A stretch of DNA of 64,000 nt from Gemmatimonadaceae bacterium (lineage in GTDB: Bacteria; Gemmatimonadota; Gemmatimonadetes; Gemmatimonadales; Gemmatimonadaceae), in the NCBI GenBank assembly GCA_044224875.1, contig JBGAJQ010000005.1, forward strand, positions 32,001 to 96,000, in the 5' to 3' direction. Positions 1-10,034 of this stretch are shown here, piece by piece. Positions within the stretch are counted from its first letter, which is position 1, and the number at the start of each line of letters is the position of its first letter. Position numbers and translations under genes: made by a program. The notes beneath the pieces are model-generated. The model saw only the letters and a program-made list of their open reading frames with translations, ran no database searches and was not told where the DNA came from.

Positions 1-924
1 ATCGCGGCCGCGGGCGGCCACGCCGTGCTGATGGTGGGGGCTCCTGGGACGGGGAAAACGATGCTGGCTCGGCGCCTGCCGACGATCCTGCCTCCCCTGA
101 GCGAAGGGGAGGCCCTGGAGGTCGTGGCGATTCACTCGATTGCCGGGCTGTTGGAGCCAGGCACGGCACCGGCGGCCACGCGTCCCTTTCGCGCCCCGCA
201 CCATTCGTTGAGTGCCGCCGCCCTCATCGGCGGCGGAAGCAACCCGCGACCGGGCGAGGTGAGCCTGGCGCACCACGGCGTGTTGTTTCTCGACGAATTG
301 CAGGAAATGCCGCGGTCCGTTCTCGATTCCCTGCGACAACCGCTGGAGGATGGCCGGGTGCTGATCTCCCGCGCGTCGTGCACGGTGAGCTTTCCGTCCC
401 AGTTCACACTGGTAGGCGCCATGAATCCGTGCCCGTGTGGCCGCGCGGACGTGGAAGGTCGCAGCTGCCGATGCTCGGAGGCGGACTTGGAGCGACATCG
501 TGCGCGCATCTCCGGCCCGCTCGCCGACCGCATCGACCTGAGCGTTCGGGTTCCGCCGGTCGACCTTCGTCAACTGGGCCTCGCGCCACCCGCGGAAAGC
601 TCCGCCGCGGTGCGAGAGCGTGTGGCAATGGCTCGGGCACGACAAGCCCTTCGTTACGCCCGACTGCGCGGCGTGCTCCTGAACGCGCATGTGGCCGGTC
701 GTTGGCTGGATGCGCATACGGGAATCGATCGTGAGGCCCGGGAGCTGCTGTCGACGGCCGCCCAACGGATGGCGCTGTCGGCGCGCGGCTATCACCGTGC
801 CCTGAAGGTGGCGCGCACCGTCGCCGACCTGGACGGCGACGACGCGGTCCTGGAGTCGCACGTCGCCGAGGCATTGCAGTTTCGCATGGTGGAGCGGCTG
901 CCTGCCGCTGCGCCACGCGGATAA
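1..924 (+). CDS. comM: YifB/ComM family Mg-chelatase-like AAA+ ATPase (5' end outside the window)
   Basis: Walker A GAPGTGKT, PFRAPHH, PGEVSLAHHGVLFLDE, MNPCPCG, RISGPLADRIDL, LSARGYHR..KVARTVADL. Confidence 0.92.
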   Translation: MAAAGGHAVLMVGAPGTGKTMLARRLPTILPPLSEGEALEVVAIHSIAGLLEPGTAPAATRPFRAPHHSLSAAALIGGGSNPRPGEVSLAHHGVLFLDELQEMPRSVLDSLRQPLEDGRVLISRASCTVSFPSQFTLVGAMNPCPCGRADVEGRSCRCSEADLERHRARISGPLADRIDLSVRVPPVDLRQLGLAPPAESSAAVRERVAMARARQALRYARLRGVLLNAHVAGRWLDAHTGIDREARELLSTAAQRMALSARGYHRALKVARTVADLDGDDAVLESHVAEALQFRMVERLPAAAPRG

Positions 925-933
925 CTTTCGCGA

Positions 934-1815
934 ATGACGGATCTGACGCTGCGCGCGGTTGCCACTCCTGAGGACGGATCGTTAGGTGCGGAGCCTGCCC
1001 TGGACGAGCTCGAGGCACGGCTGATCGCGTGGTTTCGGTCTGTGGGGTCAGCGCTCATCGGATTCAGTGGGGGTGTGGATTCCGCCTACCTGGCCTGCGT
1101 TGCCCTCGAGTCCGTCGGCCCTGCGCACGTACTGGGCGTCATTGGCCGCTCGGCCTCGTACCCGCTGGAACAGTGGCAACGGGCGCGCGACGTGGCCACG
1201 CGGTTCGGTCTCCCGGTGTTGGAGCTGGACACCCACGAACTGACCGACCCGCGGTATGCCGCCAATCCGGTCAATCGGTGCTACTACTGCAAGACCGAGT
1301 TGTGGGACCAGCTGGTCCCTGTTGCTATGGCCCGAGGGATCGCGGTGGTGTGTGACGGGACCAACGCCGACGACTTGGCGGACTACCGGCCGGGCCGCGC
1401 AGCGGCTCGCGAACATGGGGTGCGGAGCCCGCTCGCCGAGCTGGGATTCACCAAGGCGCACATCCGTGCACTGAGCGCCCGTCGCGACATCCCGACGTGG
1501 TCCGTCCCGTCGTCGCCGTGCCTCTCGTCGCGACTTCCATATGGAACGGCGGTGACCGTTGAACGACTCGTGCAGGTGGAGCAGGCCGAACGCGGGCTGC
1601 GCGAACTCGGCATCGTTGGCGATCTGCGGGTGCGGCATCATGGACCTGTAGCACGCGTCGAGTTAGGCGCCGCTGAGCTGGCGGCGTGGCTCTCACCGGT
1701 ACGCGCCAGAGTCCTGTGCGCGACGGTGCGTAAGGCAGGCTACCAACGCGTCGTGATCGACCTGCGCGGCTTTCGATCCGGGTCGCTCAATGTGCTAGGC
1801 GGCGTGCATCCGTGA
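934..1815 (+). CDS. larE: ATP-dependent sulfur transferase LarE
   Basis: PP-loop FSGGVDS, NRCYYCK, DGTNADD..DYRPG, PCLSSRLPYG, C-terminal GFRSGSLN. Confidence 0.9.
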   Translation: MTDLTLRAVATPEDGSLGAEPALDELEARLIAWFRSVGSALIGFSGGVDSAYLACVALESVGPAHVLGVIGRSASYPLEQWQRARDVATRFGLPVLELDTHELTDPRYAANPVNRCYYCKTELWDQLVPVAMARGIAVVCDGTNADDLADYRPGRAAAREHGVRSPLAELGFTKAHIRALSARRDIPTWSVPSSPCLSSRLPYGTAVTVERLVQVEQAERGLRELGIVGDLRVRHHGPVARVELGAAELAAWLSPVRARVLCATVRKAGYQRVVIDLRGFRSGSLNVLGGVHP

Positions 1816-2045
1816 GCGACCTCGCCGAACTCTGTCGTCAGCTGCAGGCGCTGGGTGTATCGGTCCGGCCCGAAGTGCGGGACGGGCAACTCCTGCTTGT
1901 CCCCGAAGGCGAAATGCCGGACTTGAGCGACGCAACGTTGCGAACGCGAGTCCTCGCCATCGCGCGTTCGGCATCGTTCACTCACGTATCCCTGGAAGTG
2001 GTCGACGACGATGCGACTGTTCATCGCGATCAACCTGACGACTGA
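1812..2045 (+). CDS. Hypothetical 77-aa protein resembling the LarE C-terminal domain
   Basis: GTGA overlap with the larE stop; by-eye similarity to the LarE C-terminus. Confidence 0.6.
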   Translation: MSDLAELCRQLQALGVSVRPEVRDGQLLLVPEGEMPDLSDATLRTRVLAIARSASFTHVSLEVVDDDATVHRDQPDD

Positions 2046-2589
2046 GGTTCAACAGTCCATTGAGGCCGTCGTGGCGCCCGTTCGCACGCAGGTGCCGTCG
2101 ATCCGGTGGGTGCCGTGCGATCGGCTTCACGTCACGGTGAAGTTCCTTGGTGAGCAAGAGCCCGCCTCCGTCGCCGGTATTCGATCCACCCTCACCAACG
2201 TCGCACGGCCGGCGCACCTGGGCCTTTGTCGCATTGCGGAGTTTGGGGTATTCCCGAACTTTCGGTCGCCTCGCGTCGTATGGATGGGCGTGCAGACGCC
2301 AGGACTCGTTGAATTCGCCGCGGAACTCGACAATGCGCTCGCCACGATTGGCGTCCCGCGCGAGGGTCGCGGCTTTGCGCCGCACCTCACGCTCGGGCGC
2401 CTGGCCAAGCCCCTTTGGCCGCGCGAGCTCGATGCATTGCGTCGGTGGGGTAGCGCCGTCGGCGCGGTGGCTGAACAGGAAATCCCCAGCGTTGACCTGA
2501 TGCACAGCGAGATCCGTCCCGGCGGTCCCGCGTATTCGATCCTTTCTCGCGCGCCCTTGGGTGGCGCGCCCTCCTCCTCAACTCGTTAG
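2011..2589 (+). CDS. thpR: RNA 2',3'-cyclic phosphodiesterase (2H phosphoesterase)
   Basis: MRLFIAI start; two HxT motifs, LHVTVKFLG and PHLTLGR; PRVVWMG. Confidence 0.9.
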   Translation: MRLFIAINLTTEVQQSIEAVVAPVRTQVPSIRWVPCDRLHVTVKFLGEQEPASVAGIRSTLTNVARPAHLGLCRIAEFGVFPNFRSPRVVWMGVQTPGLVEFAAELDNALATIGVPREGRGFAPHLTLGRLAKPLWPRELDALRRWGSAVGAVAEQEIPSVDLMHSEIRPGGPAYSILSRAPLGGAPSSSTR

Positions 2590-2599
2590 GGGTCGCGCC

Positions 2600-3244
2600 A
2601 TGTTTGGCTGTCTCCGTCGAATCGGTTGCCTGGTCGTGCTGGCGATCATTGCGGTCTGTGGCTGGATCTTTCGTGATCGCTGGATGCCGATGGTCTTTGG
2701 AAAGCCGCGTCCTGTCACCGCAACATGGGAGGGAGTGACACCAGAGCGTGCGACCAAGGCACGGGATGCGCTCCAGTCCCTAGGCCAGAAGTCCGGGCCT
2801 GTCTTCACCAACCTCAAGGCAGCCGATATCGCGGCGGTGCTGCTGGACGGCTCGGCGGGGACACTACCAAGTTCCGTACAGGGCGCCGAGGCGACGGTGG
2901 AAGGCGATCAGGTGCACCTGCGTGCCACAATTAATCTGGACGACATCAAGGGGCTGGACATCCTCGGGCCATTCGGCGATTTCGTTGGGAAGCGGGAGCG
3001 ATTCGAGCTCGGCGGCACGCTCGGCGTCGTCTCGTCGGGAGTTGGGGAATTTCGGGTGGAATCGGCCCGTATCGGCGACCTGCCCATTCCCAGGCAGGCA
3101 ATCCCGAAACTCCTGCAGCGCCTGCAGCGCGGCACACGGCCACCTGGCCTGGCCGACAACGGCGTGCCGTTTAAGCTGCCGGCCTATGTTGGCGATATTC
3201 GCGTGGGGAAGGGACGGGTCACCTTGTACAAGAACGTGTCATGA
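2600..3244 (+). CDS. Hypothetical membrane-anchored protein
   Basis: N-terminal TM helix after GCLRRIGC; stop overlaps the next start (ATGA). Confidence 0.7.
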   Translation: MFGCLRRIGCLVVLAIIAVCGWIFRDRWMPMVFGKPRPVTATWEGVTPERATKARDALQSLGQKSGPVFTNLKAADIAAVLLDGSAGTLPSSVQGAEATVEGDQVHLRATINLDDIKGLDILGPFGDFVGKRERFELGGTLGVVSSGVGEFRVESARIGDLPIPRQAIPKLLQRLQRGTRPPGLADNGVPFKLPAYVGDIRVGKGRVTLYKNVS

Positions 3245-4605
3245 GCCGACGTATTCTGGTTGTGGACGATGAGCAAGGGGTTCGAGCTGCACTCGGCCAG
3301 TTGCTGGAGTATGAAGGCTACGAGGTCAAGACCGCGTCGAATGGCGCGGAAGCCCTGACGACGTATGAGAAGTGGCGTCCGCAGCTGGTTTTCCTGGACG
3401 TGAAGATGGCGGGGATCGACGGGATTGAAGCGCTCCGTCGGATCAAACAGGCGGATCCGTCCGCCCAGGTCGTCATGATCTCCGGGCACGCGACGATCCA
3501 GACCGCAGTCGAGGCGACGCAGCTGGGCGCCTACGACATCCTCGAGAAGCCCCTCGACACGGATCGCATCCTGGTCCTGCTCCGCAACGCGCTGCAGCAC
3601 CTGACGCTGTCGGAGGAAAACGCGCGACTGCGCGAATCGATCGAGTCGCGGTACGAGATCGTCGGCAAGTCGTACGCGATCCGCACCCTGATGGAGAAGA
3701 TCGAAAAGGTCGCCACCACACCTGCACGGGTGCTGATCACGGGAGAGAACGGAACGGGAAAGGAGTTGGTGGCGCGGGCAATTCACCGGCTATCGCCACG
3801 CGCGTCCAAGCCCTTTGTCGAGGTGAATTGCGCCGCGATCCCCGGAGAGCTCATCGAAAGTGAACTGTTCGGCCACATGAAGGGCTCGTTCACGGGCGCG
3901 GTGACTGACCGGGCGGGAAAGTTTGAGCAGGCGGACAAAGGAACGCTCTTCCTCGACGAGATCGGCGACATGAGTGTCGCCGCGCAGGCCAAGGTGCTCC
4001 GTGTGTTGCAGGACGGCGAGGTGGTGCGCATTGGCGGGAGCAAGAACATCCAGGTCGATGTGCGCGTGCTGGCGGCCACAAACAAGAACCTCGAGGACGA
4101 GATCGAGAACGGCCGCTTTCGCGAGGACCTGTACTATCGGCTGAATGTGGTGCCCTTGCACGTGCCGCCCCTGCGTGACCGGCGGGAAGATATCCCCATG
4201 CTGGCGCAGTACTTCGTGCAGCAACTCTCCACACGGGACGGGGCGCCGGCACGGTCGATCGACGCCGGGGCGCTGGAGCTGCTGGCGTCCCTCGACTGGC
4301 CGGGCAACGTGCGAGAACTCCGCAACACGATCGAACGGCTCCTGATCCTCGCTTCCGGTCCGCGTGTTGTAGCTGCCGACGTGTCGCGCCTGACGGGGCC
4401 ACGCCCCGCCGACGTCTCCACGCTTGGTTCCCTGCTGGAGTGCAAGACGTTCGAAGAATTCAAGGCGGCCGCCGAGCGCGCCTTTCTCCTGGCCAAGCTG
4501 CGCGAATACGACTGGAACGTTTCCGAGACCGCGCGTGGGCTCGACATGCCGCGCTCCAACCTGTACAAAAAGATCGATCGATACGCGTTGTCGCGAGAAG
4601 GCTGA
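3241..4605 (+). CDS. Sigma-54-dependent response regulator (NtrC/NtrX family)
   Basis: REC domain (ILVVDDE, FLDVKM), GENGTGKE, ESELFGH.KGSFTGA, TLFLDEIGD, WPGNVREL, C-terminal Fis-type HTH. Confidence 0.93.
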   Translation: MSRRILVVDDEQGVRAALGQLLEYEGYEVKTASNGAEALTTYEKWRPQLVFLDVKMAGIDGIEALRRIKQADPSAQVVMISGHATIQTAVEATQLGAYDILEKPLDTDRILVLLRNALQHLTLSEENARLRESIESRYEIVGKSYAIRTLMEKIEKVATTPARVLITGENGTGKELVARAIHRLSPRASKPFVEVNCAAIPGELIESELFGHMKGSFTGAVTDRAGKFEQADKGTLFLDEIGDMSVAAQAKVLRVLQDGEVVRIGGSKNIQVDVRVLAATNKNLEDEIENGRFREDLYYRLNVVPLHVPPLRDRREDIPMLAQYFVQQLSTRDGAPARSIDAGALELLASLDWPGNVRELRNTIERLLILASGPRVVAADVSRLTGPRPADVSTLGSLLECKTFEEFKAAAERAFLLAKLREYDWNVSETARGLDMPRSNLYKKIDRYALSREG

Positions 4606-4649
4606 CGACCCGCCTTCCCGATTCCCACTGATCACCCGAAGGGCCGCGC

Positions 4650-5093
4650 ATGGCATCCAAGGATTGGGACAAGGAGATGGCCAAGATCGACAAGCAGTTG
4701 GAGTCGATCTCGGACGAAGCGCTCTTTCCAACGAAGGCCGCGCCGACACCGGCGGCGAAGGCCGAGATCGTCGAAAAGCAGCGGTCGACATCGACCTTTG
4801 GCGTGGTGTTGCGACTGCTGCTGGCAGTCGCGCTGGGCGTTGCCATGGTGTTCTGGCCGTACCCGGCCCGCTGCGGCGTTGGACTCTTCGGGTATCTCGG
4901 GGCGGTGGCCGTGCTGATGGCAGCCGGGGCATGGAGTGCGGTGTGGTCGTGGAGGCATCGGTCCGGACGCGCCCACATGCTGTCGCTCCTGATCCTCCTG
5001 TGGGGCGGTGTCCTTGGCGCGGTCGAGATCCTGCCTCGAACGGGATACGCCAAGCCCTCGGACGCGCACCCAGCGCAGTGGCTCTGTCCGTAG
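4650..5093 (+). CDS. Hypothetical membrane protein (about 3 TM helices)
   Basis: Charged N-terminus followed by hydrophobic segments; co-oriented in the gene run. Confidence 0.75.
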   Translation: MASKDWDKEMAKIDKQLESISDEALFPTKAAPTPAAKAEIVEKQRSTSTFGVVLRLLLAVALGVAMVFWPYPARCGVGLFGYLGAVAVLMAAGAWSAVWSWRHRSGRAHMLSLLILLWGGVLGAVEILPRTGYAKPSDAHPAQWLCP

Positions 5094-5345
5094 GTCAAGC
5101 GTTGGCACCGCACGGGGCTTTATGGCCTGTGACCGCGAAATCGTGCCGTCCTTTCGAGCAATGTCGAGCCAGTCGCACCATCCAAAAGGAGTGGCTACTA
5201 GCCCTGGTGTGAGTCGGTGGAGGCAGGCGAACGTGACGCAGGGGAGGGTCCCATCGGGGACGCGCTCCCACGGCGGTACGAGAGGCGGCTAGCTTTCAGC
5301 CCCCTGCCTGTTCCAGGCACGGGCGCTCGCTACCCAGATCCCGAC

Positions 5346-6839
5346 ATGCCTGCTTCCTTCAAGAACTTCATCGCCGGCGCGTGGAGCCCATCCTCGTCAG
5401 GCGCAACTTTCGAGAACGTCAATCCCGCCGACACCTCGGACGTGATTGGCCAGTTCCCCGCATCCACCGCCGAAGACGTCGAACGCGCCGTGCGAAGCGC
5501 GCAGCGCGGGTTTGAGCTGTGGCGTCGGACGCCGGCCCCCCTCCGTGGCGACGTACTGCGTCGCGTCGGCGACCTGTTGCTGGCTCGCAAGGAGGAGATC
5601 GCGAACCTCATGACGAGGGAGATGGGCAAGCCCCTCGCCGAAACGCGCGGTGATGTGCAGGAGGGTATCGATACCGCGTACTACGCCGCCACCGAAGGGC
5701 GTCGCCTCTTTGGCCACACCGTGCCGAGCGAACTTCGGAACAAGTGGGCGATGAGCTTCCGGCGGCCGATGGGGGTCTGCGGTCTGGTCACGCCGTTCAA
5801 TTTCCCGCTCGCCATTCCGACCTGGAAAATGTTTCCGGCCCTCGTCTGCGGTAACTCCGTGGTGATCAAGCCCGCCGAAGATGTGCCGCACACCGTCACC
5901 GTGTTGGTGGAGGTGTTACTGGAGGCCGGCCTTCCGCCGGAGGTGATTCAGCTGGTGCACGGGAGTGGCGAGGAGGCAGGGGCGGCCATCGTGAATCATC
6001 CGCAGGTACCGGTGATCTCGTTCACGGGCTCCACGGAGACGGGGCGAATCGTCGGCGAGATCTGCGGGCGCATGCACAAGCGTCTCTCGCTCGAGATGGG
6101 CGGAAAGAACGCGCAGATCGTGCTCGACGATGCCAATCTGGAACTCGCGCTCGAAGGGGTGTTGTGGGGCGCCTTCGGCACCACCGGACAGCGCTGCACC
6201 GCGACCAGCCGCCTGATTCTGCAGGCGGGCATCCACGACGCGTTTGTCGACATGCTGGTCGAACGAACGCGCGCTCTCAAGTTGGGGGATGGGCGCGTGG
6301 CCGGGACCGATGTGGGTCCCGTGATTCATGAGGCGTCCCGGTCGAAGGTGGAGGCCTACGTGGCGATCGGGAAATCCGAGGGCGCCGACCTGCGACTTGG
6401 CGGAGAACGGCCAGCCGGGAGCTCACTCGCCAAGGGATTCTTCTTCCAGCCAACGATCTTCACGAATGTGAAGGCGGGGTCGCGTCTGGAGCAGGAGGAA
6501 ATTTTTGGCCCCGTGCTTTCCGTGGTGCGGGTGAAGGACGCCGACGAGGCGTTCCGCGTGAACAACGGCGTGAAGTACGGCCTGTCATCTTCGCTGTACA
6601 CGAACAACGTGAACGTCGCGTTCCGTGCCCTACAGGATCTGGATAACGGCATCACCTACATCAATGCACCGACCATCGGGGCGGAAGCGCATCTCCCCTT
6701 TGGCGGTGTCAAACAGACCGGGAACGGACATCGGGAGGGGGGGTGGGAGGTCTACGACTTCTACTCCGAGACGAAGGTCGGGTACGTGGACTTTTCTGGA
6801 GCGCTCCAACGCGCGCAAATCGACACGTACGACGCATAG
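5346..6839 (+). CDS. Aldehyde dehydrogenase family protein
   Basis: TPFNFP, SFTGS, LEMGGKN, GQRCTA (catalytic Cys), EEIFGP, PFGGVKQTG; ATG at 5346 preferred over the ORF-track start. Confidence 0.93.
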   Translation: MPASFKNFIAGAWSPSSSGATFENVNPADTSDVIGQFPASTAEDVERAVRSAQRGFELWRRTPAPLRGDVLRRVGDLLLARKEEIANLMTREMGKPLAETRGDVQEGIDTAYYAATEGRRLFGHTVPSELRNKWAMSFRRPMGVCGLVTPFNFPLAIPTWKMFPALVCGNSVVIKPAEDVPHTVTVLVEVLLEAGLPPEVIQLVHGSGEEAGAAIVNHPQVPVISFTGSTETGRIVGEICGRMHKRLSLEMGGKNAQIVLDDANLELALEGVLWGAFGTTGQRCTATSRLILQAGIHDAFVDMLVERTRALKLGDGRVAGTDVGPVIHEASRSKVEAYVAIGKSEGADLRLGGERPAGSSLAKGFFFQPTIFTNVKAGSRLEQEEIFGPVLSVVRVKDADEAFRVNNGVKYGLSSSLYTNNVNVAFRALQDLDNGITYINAPTIGAEAHLPFGGVKQTGNGHREGGWEVYDFYSETKVGYVDFSGALQRAQIDTYDA

Positions 6840-7331
6840 GAGTGTGACGGGGCGCACGCAGCGTAGTTCGTGTGGCGCCCGTGCGCACGCCCGCTTCCGG
6901 TTTGCGGCACAGGGAGTGCATCACGGTGTAGTCGGCGCCCGGGGCGGTTGCGCGACGTTGGGGCATGAAGTCGTGTTAGGAGGAAGATGGTGCTCACGAT
7001 CCGGGCCGCGAGTGATTTCCGGTGTCGGTGCAGGGGAGCGGGCGTGCAGGTGTCTGCCGCCCCTTCACTTGCGGCGTTTCCGGGCACGGAATTAATTGAC
7101 GCAGGTGCAGATGGCGTTGTCGCATCATGACCACGAGGCTCTTTCAATCCGCGTCGAGCGAACGCTCGTCGGGTTCGGTGTTTTCAAAGCAACGATTCGT
7201 GGCGCCGCGCAATCGATCGGCTCGGCCCCTCACTCGTCAGGCACCTCAGCGTCGAACCCGGATGTCGTGGTCATGAGCATGTTCTCCTCTCGAGTCTTGG
7301 CCCTGCGCGAGTCATCGTCGGGGCTGACGGC

Positions 7332-8111
7332 ATGAGCGAGACCGTCATCCCGCCGATCGGCACGCCTGGCGTGACGGAACAGGAGCGCGCAGACGCGTTG
7401 CGTCGCGTGAATCGCGAGCCGAGCAGCGTGTGGCGGTACCTTTGGGATTGGGCCAAGTCGCTGCAGCTGGCGATCCTCGTGTTCCTGTTGGTCCGCGCCT
7501 TCTTGTTCGAGGCGTTCAAGATTCCGAGTGGCAGCATGGAGGGCACGCTGCAGGTGGGCGACTTCCTCCTCGTGAACAAGTTGGTGTATGGGGCGACCGT
7601 CCCGTTCACCAACAAGCGCCTCCCGGCGATTCGGCAACCGCAGCGGGGCGATGTCATTGTCTTTCAGTATCCGATCGACCCAAGCAAGAACTTCGTGAAG
7701 CGGCTCGTGGGAGTCCCCGGGGACACGTTGTCCATGACGAATGGGGTGTTGCACCGGAACGGCCGCGATCTGGACGAACTGTACGTGCGGCACGTCGATC
7801 CCCAGGGCGACCCGGGGAGCGAGGACTTCCGGTGGCAACGGGACTTCCTGGTGCGGACGGCAGAGGCTGCGGTGGCGTATCATCCATCGCGAAACAACTG
7901 GGGGCCGATCGTGGTCCCGCAGAAGCACTACTTCATGTTGGGTGACAATCGCGATAATTCGCAGGACAGCCGGTACTGGGGATTCGTAGCCGACTCGTTC
8001 GTGCGCGGGACTCCGATGTTTGTGTACTTCAGCTATGCCCCCGATTCTGCTGGACGAACCCCGTTGCTGTCGCGCATTCGATGGCCGCGGTTAGGCACCC
8101 GCATTCAGTAG
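7332..8111 (+). CDS. lepB: Signal peptidase I
   Basis: IPSGSM (Ser), FVKRLVGVPGD (Lys), GDNRDNSQDSRYWG. Confidence 0.95.
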   Translation: MSETVIPPIGTPGVTEQERADALRRVNREPSSVWRYLWDWAKSLQLAILVFLLVRAFLFEAFKIPSGSMEGTLQVGDFLLVNKLVYGATVPFTNKRLPAIRQPQRGDVIVFQYPIDPSKNFVKRLVGVPGDTLSMTNGVLHRNGRDLDELYVRHVDPQGDPGSEDFRWQRDFLVRTAEAAVAYHPSRNNWGPIVVPQKHYFMLGDNRDNSQDSRYWGFVADSFVRGTPMFVYFSYAPDSAGRTPLLSRIRWPRLGTRIQ

Positions 8112-8115
8112 CCTC

Positions 8116-9027
8116 ATGACCAACCCGTCCGTCGTTCGCTCGCCCGCAGGCCGTGCGCCTGGCCAGCCCGGAGTCCCTCGCATAGGCAAGAAGAGTGCGT
8201 TCGACGAGGGCTCGCTCGACCAGTACTTGCGCGACATCAGTGCGTATCCACTCATCTCGCGGGAAGAAGAGGTGAACCTGGCGGGCCGGATCCGGAATGG
8301 TGACCAGGAGGCGTTGGACAAGCTGGTGCGCAGCAACCTGCGCTTTGTGGTGTCGGTGGCCAAGAAGTACCAGAATCAGGGCGTGTCGCTGTCCGACCTG
8401 ATCAACGAGGGGAACCTCGGCCTCATTCGCGCCGCACATAAATTCGACGAGACCAAGGGGATCAAGTTCATCTCGTACGCCGTGTGGTGGATTCGCCAGG
8501 CGATCCTTCAGGCGCTGGCCGAACAGTCACGCATCGTGCGAGTACCGCTGAACCGCGCCGGCACGCTGCACCGCATCGGCAAGCGCGCCAATGCGTTGCT
8601 GCAGGAGTTGGGTCGCGAGGCGACACACGCCGAGATTGCCGATGGCATGGACATCACGGAAGAGGAAGTTGCCAAGACGATGTCCATTTCCCAGGCGCAC
8701 CTGTCACTCGATGCGCCGTTGACGCCGGGCGAAGACAACAAGCTGCTCGATTACCTGCCGGACAATCTGAATCCCACGCCGGACGAACAGACGTTCGAGA
8801 AGGCGCTGACGGAGTCGATCGAGGAGGCCCTCGCCAGCCTCAAGGAGCGCGAGGCGAAAATCCTCCGGCTGTACTTCGGCCTCGACGGCGAGGAGCCGAT
8901 GACGCTGGAGCAGATCGGGTCCTTGTTAGGCATCACGCGCGAACGAGTCCGGCAGATCAAGGAAAAGGCGCTCTCCCGCTTGCGCCATGTGAGCCGTGCG
9001 CGCGCCCTCGAGAGCTTCCTCGGGTAA
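8116..9027 (+). CDS. RNA polymerase sigma-70 factor, RpoD/SigA family (short form lacking region 1.1)
   Basis: NLRFVVSVAKKY, DLINEGNLGL, KFISYAVWWIRQ, TRERVRQI. Confidence 0.93.
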   Translation: MTNPSVVRSPAGRAPGQPGVPRIGKKSAFDEGSLDQYLRDISAYPLISREEEVNLAGRIRNGDQEALDKLVRSNLRFVVSVAKKYQNQGVSLSDLINEGNLGLIRAAHKFDETKGIKFISYAVWWIRQAILQALAEQSRIVRVPLNRAGTLHRIGKRANALLQELGREATHAEIADGMDITEEEVAKTMSISQAHLSLDAPLTPGEDNKLLDYLPDNLNPTPDEQTFEKALTESIEEALASLKEREAKILRLYFGLDGEEPMTLEQIGSLLGITRERVRQIKEKALSRLRHVSRARALESFLG

Positions 9028-9051
9028 CGCCACGCCGGACGGTCCGGATTC

Positions 9052-9528
9052 ATGACCTCGCCGCCCACGCCTCCCTCCGCGCGCGGCACCGCATCGCTCC
9101 GCGATGGCAATGAAGACCTAGGGTTCGACCCGGCCCGGCCGGCCGCGGCGCTGCGCATGATCGGTCGGGCCTTGGCCCTCCGGTGTCCTTCGTGTGGCGG
9201 CGGTCCCGTGCTGAAGCATTGGCTGGCCATGCGCGGGCAGTGCGGGGCGTGCGGACTGGCCATCGAGCGCGGTGAACGCGACTACTTCATCGGGTCCATG
9301 ATGTGGAACCTGGTGCTATCCGAAGGGCTGTTTATCACGGCGTTCATCGCTGCCCTCGTCTGGCAGTGGCCGAACGTGAACTGGACGGCCATTCAGGTCA
9401 TCGCTCCCGTGGGGATGGCGGTCACGCCCGTTCTCCTCTTTCCTGTTTCCAAGTTGATGTGGCTGGCGTTCGACCTGATCCTGCGTCCCGAACGGCGGGT
9501 CACCGAACGGACCCTACCCCCTGAGTGA
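9052..9528 (+). CDS. DUF983-like zinc-ribbon membrane protein
   Basis: RCPSCG...CGACG followed by two TM helices. Confidence 0.7.
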   Translation: MTSPPTPPSARGTASLRDGNEDLGFDPARPAAALRMIGRALALRCPSCGGGPVLKHWLAMRGQCGACGLAIERGERDYFIGSMMWNLVLSEGLFITAFIAALVWQWPNVNWTAIQVIAPVGMAVTPVLLFPVSKLMWLAFDLILRPERRVTERTLPPE

Positions 9529-9533
9529 CCTTC

Positions 9534-10034
9534 ATGGCACAGAATTCCTCGTTTGACGTGACGACCGGCGTCGACCTGCAGGAGGTCGACAACGCAGTGA
9601 ACCAGGCGCAGAAGGAGATTGCCCAGCGCTACGACTTCAAGGGCTCCAAGGCCGCGATCGACTTCAGCAAGGCCGAAAAAAAGTTGGTGCTGACGGCCGA
9701 TGACGACTTCAAGATGCGCGCGCTCTTTGACGTCTTGCAGGGCAAGCTGATCAAGCGCGGCGTCTCCGTGAAGAATATCGACATTGGCGAGACCAAGCCG
9801 GCCGGCGGCGACACGGTGCGCAAGGAAATCGGCCTCAAGATGGCGCTCGATGGGGAGACGGCCAAACGTGTGGCGGCGGCGATCAAGGACGCCAAGTTGA
9901 AGAAGGTCCAGGCCGCGATCCAGGGCGAGCAGGTGCGGATTTCCGGCCCATCCAAGGACGACCTGCAGGAGGCGATGGCGCTCCTGCGTGCGGGCGATTT
10001 TGGAGTGGAGCTGAAGTTCGGGAACTACCGCTGA
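9534..10034 (+). CDS. yajQ: YajQ family nucleotide/c-di-GMP-binding protein
   Basis: SFDV...DLQEVDNAVNQA.KEI.QRYDFKG, KVQAAIQGEQVRISG, DDLQ, terminal NYR. Confidence 0.93.
   Translation: MAQNSSFDVTTGVDLQEVDNAVNQAQKEIAQRYDFKGSKAAIDFSKAEKKLVLTADDDFKMRALFDVLQGKLIKRGVSVKNIDIGETKPAGGDTVRKEIGLKMALDGETAKRVAAAIKDAKLKKVQAAIQGEQVRISGPSKDDLQEAMALLRAGDFGVELKFGNYR

Noticed and set aside
6987..7130. 47-aa ORF after AGGAGG
   Set aside because: SD only 3 nt from the ATG, atypical codons and no recognisable features.
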